A stretch of 33,195 nt of DNA from an uncultured virus (IMG/VR IMGVR_UViG_2049941000_000426) (taxonomy: Duplodnaviria > Heunggongvirae > Uroviricota > Caudoviricetes), in IMG/VR virus record IMGVR_UViG_2049941000_000426; one strand, written 5' to 3'. Below, in pieces: positions 10,532 through 21,224 of the stretch. Under the pieces are notes generated by a model. The model made no database searches and was not told where the DNA came from. It worked only from the letters and a program-made list of their open reading frames with translations. The translations under genes were made by a program, and so were the position numbers. Position 1 is the stretch's first letter; each line of letters starts with the position of its first letter.

Positions 10532-10992
10532 TTCTGGCCCGTGCTCCCCCATCCGTTCGGACCACGTGTCCCGGATGGCAGTTCGTCGACTTCGATCATT
10601 TCGATGTCGCGGGGGTCGATCGTACCGGGCAGGACGAGCTGAAGGAAGCGTTCGCCCTTCTCGTATTTCCTTGACCGGCCGTCGATGCACAGGAACGCCG
10701 CGTTGATTGATCCACGGTATCCGACATCGATCGAGCCGACGCCGTTCGTGAGAACCATGAAACGCTCCCATACGCTGCTTCGTGCGCGGACGTCGATGCC
10801 GAACACCGGCGGTGAGTCCACGCATACGGCGATGTTGCTCTTGAAGACCGCAACGTACGGGTAGTATGGGAATTCGGGGACCACCACTTCGTCGACGAAG
10901 AGGTCGAGCCCCATGTCATCAGGATGCTTCCGCACCGGAAGCATTGCAGTTGGTGTCAGCCGCTTCACCAGCAGCTTCACTTTCTGGTTCAT
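10528..10992 (-). CDS. dut: Trimeric dUTPase
   Basis: Motifs GLDL, RARSS, GSIDVGYRG, RFLQLV, RGPNGWGSTG. Confidence 0.9.
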   Translation of the reverse strand: MNQKVKLLVKRLTPTAMLPVRKHPDDMGLDLFVDEVVVPEFPYYPYVAVFKSNIAVCVDSPPVFGIDVRARSSVWERFMVLTNGVGSIDVGYRGSINAAFLCIDGRSRKYEKGERFLQLVLPGTIDPRDIEMIEVDELPSGTRGPNGWGSTGQK

Positions 10993-11061
10993 GTTCTTGT
11001 TCCTAGATTGGGTGGAAAAGGCCACGGGCGTCATTTCCCGTGGCCGGCTGGGGATGCGCAC

Positions 11062-11619
11062 TTATTTGCGCTTTCTTGATGGTTTGTTGGTGGCGTCCTT
11101 CTTTTCAGCGTCGTCGATGATCTTCGTCCACTTCGCGACGAACTCTTCAAGGGACTTCGCCGCTTCGGTGGCGTCGCCGAGGTTGATCCGGTCGCGTAGG
11201 GCGCTGACTTCCTTGTTCAGGTCGTCATATGCCTGCTGTTCCTCCTTCTCGAGACTCCGTTCCAGTTCACCGGACCGTTTGTTCCATTCCTCGACGAAAC
11301 CGTCGATCTCGAACGTCGCACGCGGGTCGTTTATGGAGACGTTGAGATCGTCGTTCAGCTTGATGATCCCGTAACGGTCGTAACTGCCGTAGTCGTTCCA
11401 TTCCCGGCAGCAGTTCTCGAACACCGGTAAGAAGCGTTCGATAATGTCCTCCTTGTCGAGCTTCCTGAGCTTCTCCCTGTACATCCGCTGGAAGGCCTCG
11501 ACCAGCCCGTTGAGATTGTTCTTCTTCAATTCCTTGTACTTTTTCGTAAGAGCCGAATAAAGCCGGTTCTTCTCTTCCTGGATCCGGTTGTCCAGATATC
11601 TGACTTGTCGTTGGTTCAT
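11062..11619 (-). CDS. Hypothetical coiled-coil protein
   Basis: 185-aa ORF with GGAG RBS; charged, helical composition. Confidence 0.65.
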   Translation of the reverse strand: MNQRQVRYLDNRIQEEKNRLYSALTKKYKELKKNNLNGLVEAFQRMYREKLRKLDKEDIIERFLPVFENCCREWNDYGSYDRYGIIKLNDDLNVSINDPRATFEIDGFVEEWNKRSGELERSLEKEEQQAYDDLNKEVSALRDRINLGDATEAAKSLEEFVAKWTKIIDDAEKKDATNKPSRKRK

Positions 11620-11622
11620 GTT

Positions 11623-12219
11623 TTACTCCGTCAATGCCTGTACTCTTGAGAATAGTTTCATCGCGTATCGCCCCGTGTCCGTTATCTCGTCGCTCCACTC
11701 CATCAGATGCTCGTATATCCTCATCTTGGCGGAATCGACGCTTTCCTCCGTTCCATCCGCCTCGTACCGCATCTGACCGTTGGACAACACGACCGACCAC
11801 TCGGTCTTGCCGTCCGCCCGTCCGGTTACAGTGGAATCGACTTCCAGTGGCCCAAGGAAGAACGCCAGCCTGAGCTTTCCGTCCTCTTCTGTCCACTTAT
11901 CAAGAAACGATGTCTTCACCTTCTCCTCGGCGATGACCTGGAGAAGCTCGCGGGTCGTCTGTCTCGCGACCGATATCTTCATCCGGTCGTTGTGCATCCC
12001 GGCGTTCATCCGGGTGATGATGACGTTCACCAGATGGACGAAATCACGGTCGGACGTTCTGTTCCATTTGAACACGGATTTCGACGCATCCCACGTCAGG
12101 GTGACTCCCCTAGGGGATGTGACGGAGTCGCATCCATCGGGGTCGCCCGACCGTGTCCATCCGAGGGACAGACAGCGGGCGAACCAGTGTTCATGTTCAT
12201 GATTGTCTTCCTTGTTCAT
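11623..12219 (-). CDS. Hypothetical protein
   Basis: Start MNKEDNHEH, ATGA-coupled to the upstream fragment. Confidence 0.6.
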   Translation of the reverse strand: MNKEDNHEHEHWFARCLSLGWTRSGDPDGCDSVTSPRGVTLTWDASKSVFKWNRTSDRDFVHLVNVIITRMNAGMHNDRMKISVARQTTRELLQVIAEEKVKTSFLDKWTEEDGKLRLAFFLGPLEVDSTVTGRADGKTEWSVVLSNGQMRYEADGTEESVDSAKMRIYEHLMEWSDEITDTGRYAMKLFSRVQALTE

Positions 12220-12388
12220 TTTGTGTTTGTTCCTGACACTTCCATGTCTTTCAACGCCGCCATGAACTGCGCATGGCATCGACGAACAAGGCCGATGGTC
12301 TTCGCGGCTGTCTCGCCGTGAACGACCACCGGCCTGTCCGTTCCCGAGAACAGCAGGCGTCCCGTCCACAGGGAGTAGNNNNNNNNNN

Positions 12389-13099
12389 CACAGAAGTTGT
12401 TACCGATGGTACTACACAGCATGTCACAGGCGGTGTTGACATGATTGTTGACCTTACCATGCTGTATAACGGTGTGTCAAGTCTTATCACACCTATTACA
12501 ACTTGGAATGCTCTTGTCGCTGATACAGGGATGTATGGGAGCTACACTGCTTATAATGCTGGTGAGGTTGTCAGTAGTGATAACATAATCATACAGGTGC
12601 AAGGTGATAATGGCTACAACGGCGGAACCGCTACCGCAGGACTGCTGAAGGGAGTCCCTGGCTCCGTCTACGACCAGCTCGATGCGGTCACGGGCAACGT
12701 CACTACGAGGATCGGGAGCTACACGTTCACGGGGAACGAGGACTGGGTTATTGTTTCAGCCTATTCCAATACATTCTCGTTTAAGCCGTCAAGCCGCCGN
12801 NNNNNNNNNATACAGGTATCTATCCTTACTTTATGTCCGGATATAACGCTGTATACGCAATATCCAATAGTGTAGCTGACCTGTCCTTTGTCATCAATTC
12901 ATCATCACACGGTAGCCCGAATATGCTGGTTAAGGACACATCCTGCTCTACCACAGCAGAGATAGCCGCCAAGCTAGCTGGAAAGACGGTCTATTACCGT
13001 CTAGCTACCTACACCAAGTCCACCACCACCCCGCAGCCACTCACACAGCCAACAGGTAATCTTACAGTCCTCCAGACGGCTGGTACACTTCCTGTCTCT
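12389..13099 (+). CDS. Fragments of a Thr/Gly-rich virion (tail/baseplate-like) protein, likely misplaced contigs
   Basis: Lower GC and opposite strand to neighbours; YDQLDAVTGNVTTRIGSYTFTGNEDW and VYYRLATY; gaps on both sides. Confidence 0.4.
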
Positions 13100-13172
13100 N
13101 NNNNNNNNNAACCGCCACGGAAACAGGGGCGCCAGTTGCCGGACAGGAGGGTCTTCAGTTCATCTTCCCAGG

Positions 13173-14410
13173 TCATTTGAGTTCCCATCCTGTCTGGCTC
13201 CTGACGAGTTCAACGATGGCCTCATGGGTCAGCGACCCGGGGTCGCTTCCCTCAGGAAGCCTTACCACTTTGGCGCCCTTCTTGAAGAGCGACCGTGCGN
13301 NNNNNNNNNCGATCACGCCCATCGCGCCGTCCATCTTCCCCAGTATGTACTGGGGCAGGTTCGTCCTTGCCTTGTCGTTCCCAAGCCACATGACCTGGCT
13401 TTCCTTGTCGCGGTTGCCGATGACGTAGCAGTGGGACAGCATCATCGCGAACGACTTGATGTTCCACGCNNNNNNNNNNCCTTGATCGCGCCAGGCAACG
13501 CGGCCGGGTCGTTCATGTCGGGCAGTACGACCACCCCCTGATCGCCCCAGGCGCTCACCAGCATCCGAAGCTGGGCCGTGCTGGTCGTCTTGCCGAAACG
13601 GCAGACCCCCTGCACGCCAACCCGGAAGCAGTCGAAGACGCCCTCGACGAGGACGCCGAACGGAAACCAGCGGGCCCTGTCCAGATTGAAGAGCCAGTTC
13701 GCCTTGCTTCCGCTAGTCCAGTATTTCGGAACGGCTTTCGAGCAGTCCTTGGGCAGAGCCCTTCCCTGCCATCCGACAAGCACCTTGTTCCGATATACCG
13801 GAAACACGATCCTGCCGATCCCGTTTCCCGTGGGGTCGGGACACCAGCAGGCCGCGCATTCCCGTTCCAATTGAACGGGGTCGACATCGCGCTCCCTTAG
13901 ATACGCCGTCACTTCCGGCGGAACTGACGGACTAGAAATTCCGCAGCCTTGAGGAAACACGACACGAGGTCCGACATCGCCTTCGCCAGATTCACCGCCG
14001 CCGAGATCAAACATTCCCGCGCCGTTCTCTGGAAAGGCCTGTTCTTTTTTGACATGGAAAAACTCCCCGTTGGCATGAAGACGGGACCAGACTTTGTCCC
14101 GCTCCTCTTTCCTTGACATTCCCTGGCAGTAGTAGCAGATCATGAGGCCTTCCGGAAACCAGACCGGGGCCTCCCCTTTCGACTCCACCACTGTTCCCGC
14201 CAGATACGAGAACCACAGCTTGTGCATGTTGCACAGCGGGCAGGTGACCTCATAATGCTCACCGCCCTTCACGTCCGCCGCCCAGTCCTTCCCGCCCCTG
14301 TCGAGGGCGGTATGGCGCTTGACGACATAGCTGGCGACTTCGCCCTTGGAATACACGGTGACTCTTCCGAATACGCGGCGAAGCGCCTCGTAGAGTTGAT
14401 TGTTCAGCAT
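13173..14410 (-). CDS. DNA primase (Zn finger + TOPRIM), gapped
   Basis: CPLC...CYYC, GRIVFPVY...GWQGR, LVEGVFDC, VVLPD; C-terminal piece LPEGSDPG at 13173-13299. Confidence 0.85.
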
Positions 14411-15986
14411 CTACATGTACCGGGAGGACGGATCCGGACTGTCGCTCTCGACCGGGGTGTCGCCCGTCCCCTTCGGGACGAACCTGCCCCGTGACAGCTC
14501 ATAGCCGTCCGTCTTCTCGATCACGCCCATCGCGCCGTCCATCTTCCCGAGAATGTACTGGGGAAGGTTCGTCCTTGCCTTGTCGTTCCCAAGCCACATG
14601 ACCTGACTTTCCTTGTCACGGTTGCCAATGACGTAGCAGTGGGACAGCATCATCGCGAACGACTTGATGTTCCACGCGTCGGCGCAGCTTGGCTGGGTCT
14701 GGGCGGACGCCCTGGTATGGGCGGTGTCGAGCTGATGGAAGAGGAAGGTCACCGTATTCCTCTTTTTCGTGATCTGCTTGAGTTCCATGATGTACTGGAA
14801 AGCCGCCTCGAGCCGGTTGCTGAAGCGCTTCGTGACGTTCCCGTAAGTGAACCACCTGTCCACCGCTGGCCAGAGCCAGTCCACGAGGAGGAACTCGACA
14901 TGCTTCCCCTGTCTCTCCAAGGCCTCGAGCGTCAGGTCGATGTCCTTCACGCCCTGCATGCCTTGCGGCTTCGGGTCCGTCAGGTTGATCTCGGATGAGA
15001 AATCGACCACGTGCAGATACCGGCTGTACTTCGCCTTGAGATCCGCGTAGCGGTCCTTGACGACCTTGGGCCATGACCGGAACGGGTACTTCCGGAAGAA
15101 CGTGACATCGACCCGGGACCCTTCCAGTTCAGGGTGCAGCGGATCCTTGTAGTCCCTCAGGAGGTCGCCGTTCATGTCGTCGAGAAGTCGTGTGTAGAGA
15201 CGTGTCGAGACATCCCCTTTCACGTCCTGCTCGCATGTGACAAGGAGCGTATGGCTTTCCCGTTTGCACCGTGCGATCATCATGGAGGTGGCGGTCAACG
15301 TCTTCCCNNNNNNNNNNGTGGCTCTCCCGTTTGCACCGTGCGATCATCATGGAGGTGGCGGTCAACGTCTTCCCGCCGCCTGTCGGCCCGAGGATTCCTA
15401 CGGTCTCCCCTTCGCAGTGCCCTCCGCCCGACAGGAAGTCTATCCAGTCGATTCCCGTGGGCATCGGGTCCTGCTCCGGCATGTAGGTCTCCGGGTCTTC
15501 AAGAGGCGACTCGATTGTCGGCGTCCCCGTGTAGGTTATCTGGCTGACCTCCCGCACGGTGCTTTCCGTGAAGGTGGACAGCCCCGACAGGTCGTCGATG
15601 TCGGCCAGTTTCGAAATGAAGGCGGCTTTCTTCGCCTCCACGACAAAAGACTCCAGAATCCGTCCGGCGTAGATCGGGCTCACATCTCCCGGCTTCACCT
15701 CCGTGGACATTTCCTGAAGCAGCTGAAGAGCGTCGTCCAACGTCTCCGTTTGACTCGGCGACGTGTTGGCGCTTTTGATTTCGCATGCCAGGCTGACTGG
15801 GCTTATCCCGGAATTCTCGGAAACAGCCGCCAGCTTGGCGACCCCGTCCCATATCATCGCGTGGACGGGAAAGAGCAGGGGGTCGAACAACGGCGCCCCG
15901 CCCAGACTTCTAATGGCGGACGTACGCACGTCCGGCAGCATCATGACTGACGCCACCAGGTAGTCCGCCTCTTCCCTTGTCGCCAT
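14411..15986 (-). CDS. DnaB-like (SF4) replicative helicase; overlap duplicate at the 15308 gap
   Basis: PTGIDWID, Walker A GPTGGGKT, VTCEQ, LLVDWL, FLFHQL, KAR. Confidence 0.85.
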
Positions 15987-16504
15987 TGGTCTTCACTTCC
16001 TGTATCTTCAATGTTGATATACTCCGGTTCCGGGAGGAACTCCCGATATCTCGCCAGTACGCCGGATAGCCATGGTTTGGCCGACAGTTCGTCAACGGCC
16101 TCGTCGCGGATCCACTCGACGTCTGGCGAGTGCTCAAGGTACTTCCCTATCGTAAAATGCACAAGCGGTCCGACACCCCGGATCGGCCGGCGGAGGGCTT
16201 CACCGGGAGGAAGGACCGCGTCCTTCAAATGCAGCTTCAGTTCCTCCAGCTGGGCTGAAACCCGGGCCGGAGCGTACATCCTCTCCCCCGCTAGCCATTG
16301 GTCGAAATCGCCGTCGGTCTTCTGCGAAAGGACGATGTTGTCATAGGTGTCCGTGACGGGCCTTTCTTCAAGCCACCACCGGAACCATGTGTTGACGGGA
16401 AGGTTCCTTTCCCTGCAGACGTCCTCGATATGACGGGACGCCTTGCGGGACAGCTTCCTTCCCATTGCGTCAAACAGTTTCCTTACCAGCGGTTGATTGC
16501 TCAT
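15941..16504 (-). CDS. Hypothetical protein
   Basis: 187-aa ORF overlapping both helicase genes; GGGAG RBS. Confidence 0.6.
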   Translation of the reverse strand: MSNQPLVRKLFDAMGRKLSRKASRHIEDVCRERNLPVNTWFRWWLEERPVTDTYDNIVLSQKTDGDFDQWLAGERMYAPARVSAQLEELKLHLKDAVLPPGEALRRPIRGVGPLVHFTIGKYLEHSPDVEWIRDEAVDELSAKPWLSGVLARYREFLPEPEYINIEDTGSEDQWRQGKRRTTWWRQS

Positions 16505-17954
16505 CGAAGACTCCCATGTGGGTTATCCGCCATCCGTTCTCCCTGTACGACTTGATTCTCGCAAGGGCCTTCCGTCTGGCGGAGTCGTTGAATTCATCCA
16601 TGAAGTCGACCAGAAGCCCCGTGGACTTGTCGGGGGACAGGCGGGAAAGACGGCCGGGCACCTGTGTGGAGATGATCGGGCTTTTCGCGCCGTCCGCCCT
16701 TATCAGGACGCTCAGCTGCGGGAAGTCGACCGCCTGCTTCCACCGGTAGGTCGCGATAACCCGTTTCAGGAGCCCCCTGGAGAACCGGTCCGCAAGCTCG
16801 TTGTAGACCTCCTTGGTGTCCCCCAGGATGTTCTTCGACAGGTCCAATTTCATGCGTCTCGCCTCCTCCGCTAGATCGTGGCCGTCCCCGCAGACAAGGG
16901 CGAACCCCGGCATCATGGCCCCCAGCCGAATCAGGTGTTCGACCGTGTCGACCATGATGAGAAGCTGCTCGTCTTCAGGAACCCTGTCAGCGACCGCCCG
17001 GATGAGATTGTTCCGGATGTCGTTCCTCCAGTAGAAGCGCCGTCTGTTCTGGGTCATCGCGTTTCCGAACCGTGACTTGGACGCCTCGATTCTTCCCGGG
17101 ACGCTGTAGACCTGCACCTCGATCGGCGTGACGTTCCCGGCCTCCTTGGCGTCCTCGTACCCGAAGTCCACGAGCTTCTGCCCGAAGACCGCTTCTATCA
17201 GCCTGTCGGCCTTGTCCGAGCGGCCTTTCGGCGTCGCCGTGAACCCGAAGATACGGGAACCCCTGAGGTTGTTCAGGATGTCCTGCGTTGTCTGGTTGTT
17301 CCCGCAGGCGTGCGCTTCGTCGAAGATGAAGATGTCGGTCTTCTGGAGATCCGCCTTGAGGAACGACCTTGACGTGGAGACCACAACCCGGTGGTTAGGG
17401 TCATCCCGGCTTGCGCCGTTCAGCAGGGCGACATCCTTCTCGACTTCTATGATCCGCTTGTAGAGGTTGTTCGTCTCGGCGATGCCGGGGGCGACGATCA
17501 GGAAATTCAGCGTCGGGTACATCTGGACGAGAAGCGTCACGACATAGCTTTTCCCAAAACCGGTCGGGCAGACGATAAGCCCCGTGTCAGCCTTTACGAC
17601 GGCGTCAAGGACTTCTTTCTGCCCAGGCCTCAGATCGTGGACGACATCCCAGTTAGGCTCGGGAAAGTAACGGGAACGATCTCTGAGATCCTTCCCTTCT
17701 ATCTCGTAGCCCCGCTTCGTGAGGAATTTTACAACGCGTCGTAAAATTCCGACCGGGAAATACCCTGTCTTCTGGTCGTCCGCCAGCCAGTACAGGGAGT
17801 GCTTCTCGACCTTCGGGAAACGGTCGCCGGGCGTGAATGACTGGGTCTCGTAGACAAGGATGTCCGACAACGCCGGGATCCAGGGGTCTATCTCCACGGC
17901 GGGGCTGTCGCTGTCCCTTGTCAAGACGACGTGGAAACGATCATAAGGACTCAT
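16470..17954 (-). CDS. SF2 DNA helicase (UvsW-like)
   Basis: CPTGFGKS, DEAH, TATP, QVPGRLSR. Confidence 0.9.
   Translation of the reverse strand: MSPYDRFHVVLTRDSDSPAVEIDPWIPALSDILVYETQSFTPGDRFPKVEKHSLYWLADDQKTGYFPVGILRRVVKFLTKRGYEIEGKDLRDRSRYFPEPNWDVVHDLRPGQKEVLDAVVKADTGLIVCPTGFGKSYVVTLLVQMYPTLNFLIVAPGIAETNNLYKRIIEVEKDVALLNGASRDDPNHRVVVSTSRSFLKADLQKTDIFIFDEAHACGNNQTTQDILNNLRGSRIFGFTATPKGRSDKADRLIEAVFGQKLVDFGYEDAKEAGNVTPIEVQVYSVPGRIEASKSRFGNAMTQNRRRFYWRNDIRNNLIRAVADRVPEDEQLLIMVDTVEHLIRLGAMMPGFALVCGDGHDLAEEARRMKLDLSKNILGDTKEVYNELADRFSRGLLKRVIATYRWKQAVDFPQLSVLIRADGAKSPIISTQVPGRLSRLSPDKSTGLLVDFMDEFNDSARRKALARIKSYRENGWRITHMGVFDEQSTAGKETV
17727..17746. repeat. Dispersed 20-bp palindrome (best copy; others at 87-106, 6935-6954, 21075-21094, 30918-30937)
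   Basis: TTTTACAACGCGTCGTAAAA, extending to a 28-bp near-perfect palindrome here (17723-17750). Confidence 0.7.
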
Positions 17955-18492
17955 GGATGACTTCCTCTTTTCCGCTTATCTGGAGAATGTCGTTCAGAGC
18001 CTCGTCCTCGTCCGTCCAGGTGCATCCGCCCTTTGTCACGGTGACGTTGCCGTCGTCGTCATACTCGACATCTGGCCATTCATCCTCCGGAATGTAGCGG
18101 TCAATAACGACACCTGATCTATCGTCCCGCTTGCCGTCGAAAATGACAACACCGCGAGTGTAGGTGTATTTCCCGTAGATGTTATCATCGATCTCGCTGT
18201 AGTCGACGGTCATCATAACAAGGTGGTTGTCCGTGATGTACTTCGCGAAGGAGATGACATTAAACGCCTGTTCATGCTCGAGGGACCATTTCGTCCATCC
18301 GGTGATGTCCACTTCCGTTCCGTTGGTACTGATATCGGCGTCGGCGAGATAGCGTTTCCAGTCGCCCATGTAGGCCATGTGGCCCATCGAGTTGGCGTAG
18401 TTCCACATGCCCGTCATGACCTCGCCGTACTTGGCCGCCCACTCCTCCGAGTCGAAGGTGCAGTGGATCGTAAGAAAACAGCAGTTCGCCAT
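17941..18492 (-). CDS. Hypothetical protein
   Basis: MANCC start and GWTKWS motif, reminiscent of ferredoxin-like-fold phage proteins (recalled, unverified). Confidence 0.55.
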   Translation of the reverse strand: MANCCFLTIHCTFDSEEWAAKYGEVMTGMWNYANSMGHMAYMGDWKRYLADADISTNGTEVDITGWTKWSLEHEQAFNVISFAKYITDNHLVMMTVDYSEIDDNIYGKYTYTRGVVIFDGKRDDRSGVVIDRYIPEDEWPDVEYDDDGNVTVTKGGCTWTDEDEALNDILQISGKEEVIHESL

Positions 18493-18496
18493 GATG

Positions 18497-19054
18497 TCAC
18501 CCCATGGCCGCCTCGACCATCTTCTTGAGCTTCGCGATCTGCGCGTCCTTCTCCTCGATGATCTTGTCCCTTGCGTCGATTTCGGACTTCAGAAGCTCGA
18601 TCTCCTTCGGGTCTGCCGTCGCTTTCGCGGCCTGTTCCGTCAGAATACGAACCATGTCTTCAAAGTCCGCCTTGATGTTGTCCAAGTCCGCGTTGAGGTT
18701 CGCCTGAGCCTGTTCGACGGTCTCAGGCTTCTTCTCTGGTTCTGGGGCCGGTGCAGGGGCAGGAGCCGTCTTGGCCTTGCTTTTCTTCGGCTTCTCCGGG
18801 GGCGTGTCGGGAAGATTCTCGATCAACGTCGACGCCGGTTGGGGAGCAGGCGCAGGGGCTGGAGCAGGTGCGGGCTGCGGGGCTGGAGGTTGCGGTGCTG
18901 GAGCCGGTGCGGGCGTCTGGACGGCCTGTGCCAGTTCCCCTGCGTTCTGGAATTGTTGTGTCATACCTTGTAGATCAGTCATAAACTTTTCATCCTGGCT
19001 TGTACTGGGGTAAGGGTATCTTCCCCCAGGCATGTTCAAATCAATGTCGTTCAT
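18497..19054 (-). CDS. Pro/Ala-rich linker + coiled-coil protein
   Basis: PAPAP repeats and a C-terminal coiled coil; ATGA-coupled to sbcC. Confidence 0.65.
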   Translation of the reverse strand: MNDIDLNMPGGRYPYPSTSQDEKFMTDLQGMTQQFQNAGELAQAVQTPAPAPAPQPPAPQPAPAPAPAPAPQPASTLIENLPDTPPEKPKKSKAKTAPAPAPAPEPEKKPETVEQAQANLNADLDNIKADFEDMVRILTEQAAKATADPKEIELLKSEIDARDKIIEEKDAQIAKLKKMVEAAMG

Positions 19055-20839
19055 AGCGATATCACCTGGTCGAATGCGGGGAACAAAGCCTCCTCATGGG
19101 TCGCCACGAAGATGCTCAGCCCCCGTTGTCCGGCGTATTCCGAGAGAGCCTTGAAGGACTCCCCCATCATTTCGAGATTCTGCCGATCCACGCCGTAGGT
19201 CGGCTCATCGAGGATGGCGACCCTCACATTACCGGCAAACATCTGCATTAACGCCAGCCGGTATGCAAGGGCCGTCAGCTTCTGCTGGCCGCCGCTCAGC
19301 TTCGAGAACTCATGCTCCGTACCGGATTGGGTGTCGGTAAAGCGCAGGAGCCCGTCGTCGTTGAACGACGGCTTGTACGGCAGGTTGAACAACGCCAGAT
19401 ATCCGAGAAGCCGGTCATTTATTTGGCCGGCCCCATAGGAGCGTACCGCCTGCTGGACGGCGTCCCTGTGAAAGGCGTTTCGCACGGCTTCCAGGTCCTC
19501 TAGGACTTTCCTCGCCCGGTCCGCCTCCGCGTCGGCTTGCTTCTTTGCGGCTNNNNNNNNNNNNNNNNNNNNNNNNNNNNNNNNNNNNNNNNNNNNNNNN
19601 NNNNNNNNNNNNNNNNNNNNNNNNNNNNNNNNNNNNNNNNNNNNNNNNNNNNNNNNNNNNNNNNNNNNNNNNNNNNNNNNNNNNNATCTGGTCGTTCAGG
19701 GCCTTCACTTGTCCGGCCCACCAGCCTTCGTTCGCCTTCGCCTGGAGACGGTCTTTCTCAAGGGTCTCCCTGCGGGCGATGTCGCGACGGGCGGAATCCG
19801 CCTGTTCGCGTGTGACGGTAGCGGACGACAGCTTGTCGTAGAGGTCGGAAGCGTCCCACCAGTCCTTCGCGATGCGCCGATATTCGTTGCACCGATTCAA
19901 CTTGGCGGACAGCTCCTGACGCTCCTTGACGGCGTCCTCCTTGGCCATCGGAGGTTTCCCGTCCCGATGACCGCACATTGGACAGACGCCCGTGTCCACA
20001 TACCGAATGACGGAGTCGAGATACTGGATCCGCTGGACGACAGCATTGGGGTCCATCGAATCCAGCTCCTCGGCCTCCTTTTCCGAATACTTCTTAAGCT
20101 CCTCGTCGATCCTCTCCCGTTTAGCCAAGGCTTCGGCAAGGGATTGTTCGTCCCTTATCGTCGAATTGACGATCTTGTACAAGGCGGGAAGATCGAACTG
20201 GGCCATCTGCTGTTCAATGGCCTTCACGGAAGCCTCGCTCTCACTTCTCGAGGCCTCCGCCTTTCTGAGCTCCTCCATTGTGTCGTCTATCGAACGTCCG
20301 TCGTCCACATGGCATCTCGGGGCGATCCGTGTGACGCCTTCTTGGAGAATGTCCCTCAGCCGCTCGTACTTCTGGCAATTGAACAGCCGTCCGAACGCCT
20401 CCTTCCGCATGGCCTCCGTCCCCTTCAGCGGGGCGTCCAAGGCGTCCTGAGCAACGAACATGATCCCCTTGAACAAGTCGAAAGGGGTTCCGCTCATCTG
20501 CTGCATCTTCTCGTTGACGGGCGCGGTCCCCTTGATGACGGAACCGTCGTTCCCTTCCAACGACGTGTTGCTCCGGCCGACGGGCCGCATCAAATTGTAG
20601 ACGACCCCGTCATGCTCGAATTCCATCTCGACGCTTCCCGTCTTGGCGCCCCAAGTCACAAGGTCCTTCACCGGTTCATCGCCCAATGGAGTCCCCGTGA
20701 TGGCGTAGGCCATGCTGGACAGGAAGCTGGACTTGCCGGAGCCGTTTTGCCCGACAAGCCCGATGAGCCCCGGCCGTATGGACACCTCCAGCGACCGGTG
20801 GCGCTTGTAGTTGGTCAGTTTAAGTTTCCGAATCTTCAT
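19051..20839 (-). CDS. sbcC: Rad50/SbcC ATPase (gap 19553-19685)
   Basis: Walker A GQNGSGKS, Zn hook CPMC, signature LSGGQ, Walker B ILDEP, H-loop ATH. Confidence 0.9.
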
Positions 20840-21224
20840 CTTCCGATTCTTCGTCCTCCTCTATGAACTTTCGATAAGCCTCCTTGTCCATCAGGTCCTT
20901 CTTCCACTCCTGGTCCTCGATGTTCACCTTGTAGAGCCAGTTCTCAGGCTCCTCCGACCGTTCGTTCAGGGCTTCTCCGGAAATGTCGTTCACGGCTATG
21001 ACCTTGCAGTCGAACGGGCAGACGATGGACTCGACGGCCTTGGTGGACTCGACCGACCCCATCTCCTCGCCTCTTTTTACAACGCGTTGGGAAATTCCGA
21101 GATCGGCGTAGACAATACCCGCCATCTGGTCGGTTGCAAACTCCGACAAGCCGATGAGCGCCATCCAACCGTCGCTGGAAGGGCGTATCCACACATGTTC
21201 CTTCGAATACAGAAGACTGCTCAT
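20820..21224 (-). CDS. gcvH: Glycine cleavage H-like lipoyl-carrier protein (134 aa)
   Basis: YSKEHVWI...IGLSEFA...GSVESTKAVESIVCPFDCKVIAVN...WLYKV; lipoyl Lys retained in ESTKA. Confidence 0.85.
   Translation of the reverse strand: MSSLLYSKEHVWIRPSSDGWMALIGLSEFATDQMAGIVYADLGISQRVVKRGEEMGSVESTKAVESIVCPFDCKVIAVNDISGEALNERSEEPENWLYKVNIEDQEWKKDLMDKEAYRKFIEEDEESEDEDSET

Noticed and set aside
9389..10642. Long plus-strand ORFs antisense to polA and other genes (also 863-1849, 19709-20866, 23474-24502)
   Set aside because: Shadow ORFs typical of GC-rich coding DNA; the motif-bearing genes are on the minus strand.
18740..18920. Short GC-rich tandem repeats
   Set aside because: They encode a PAPAP low-complexity linker.
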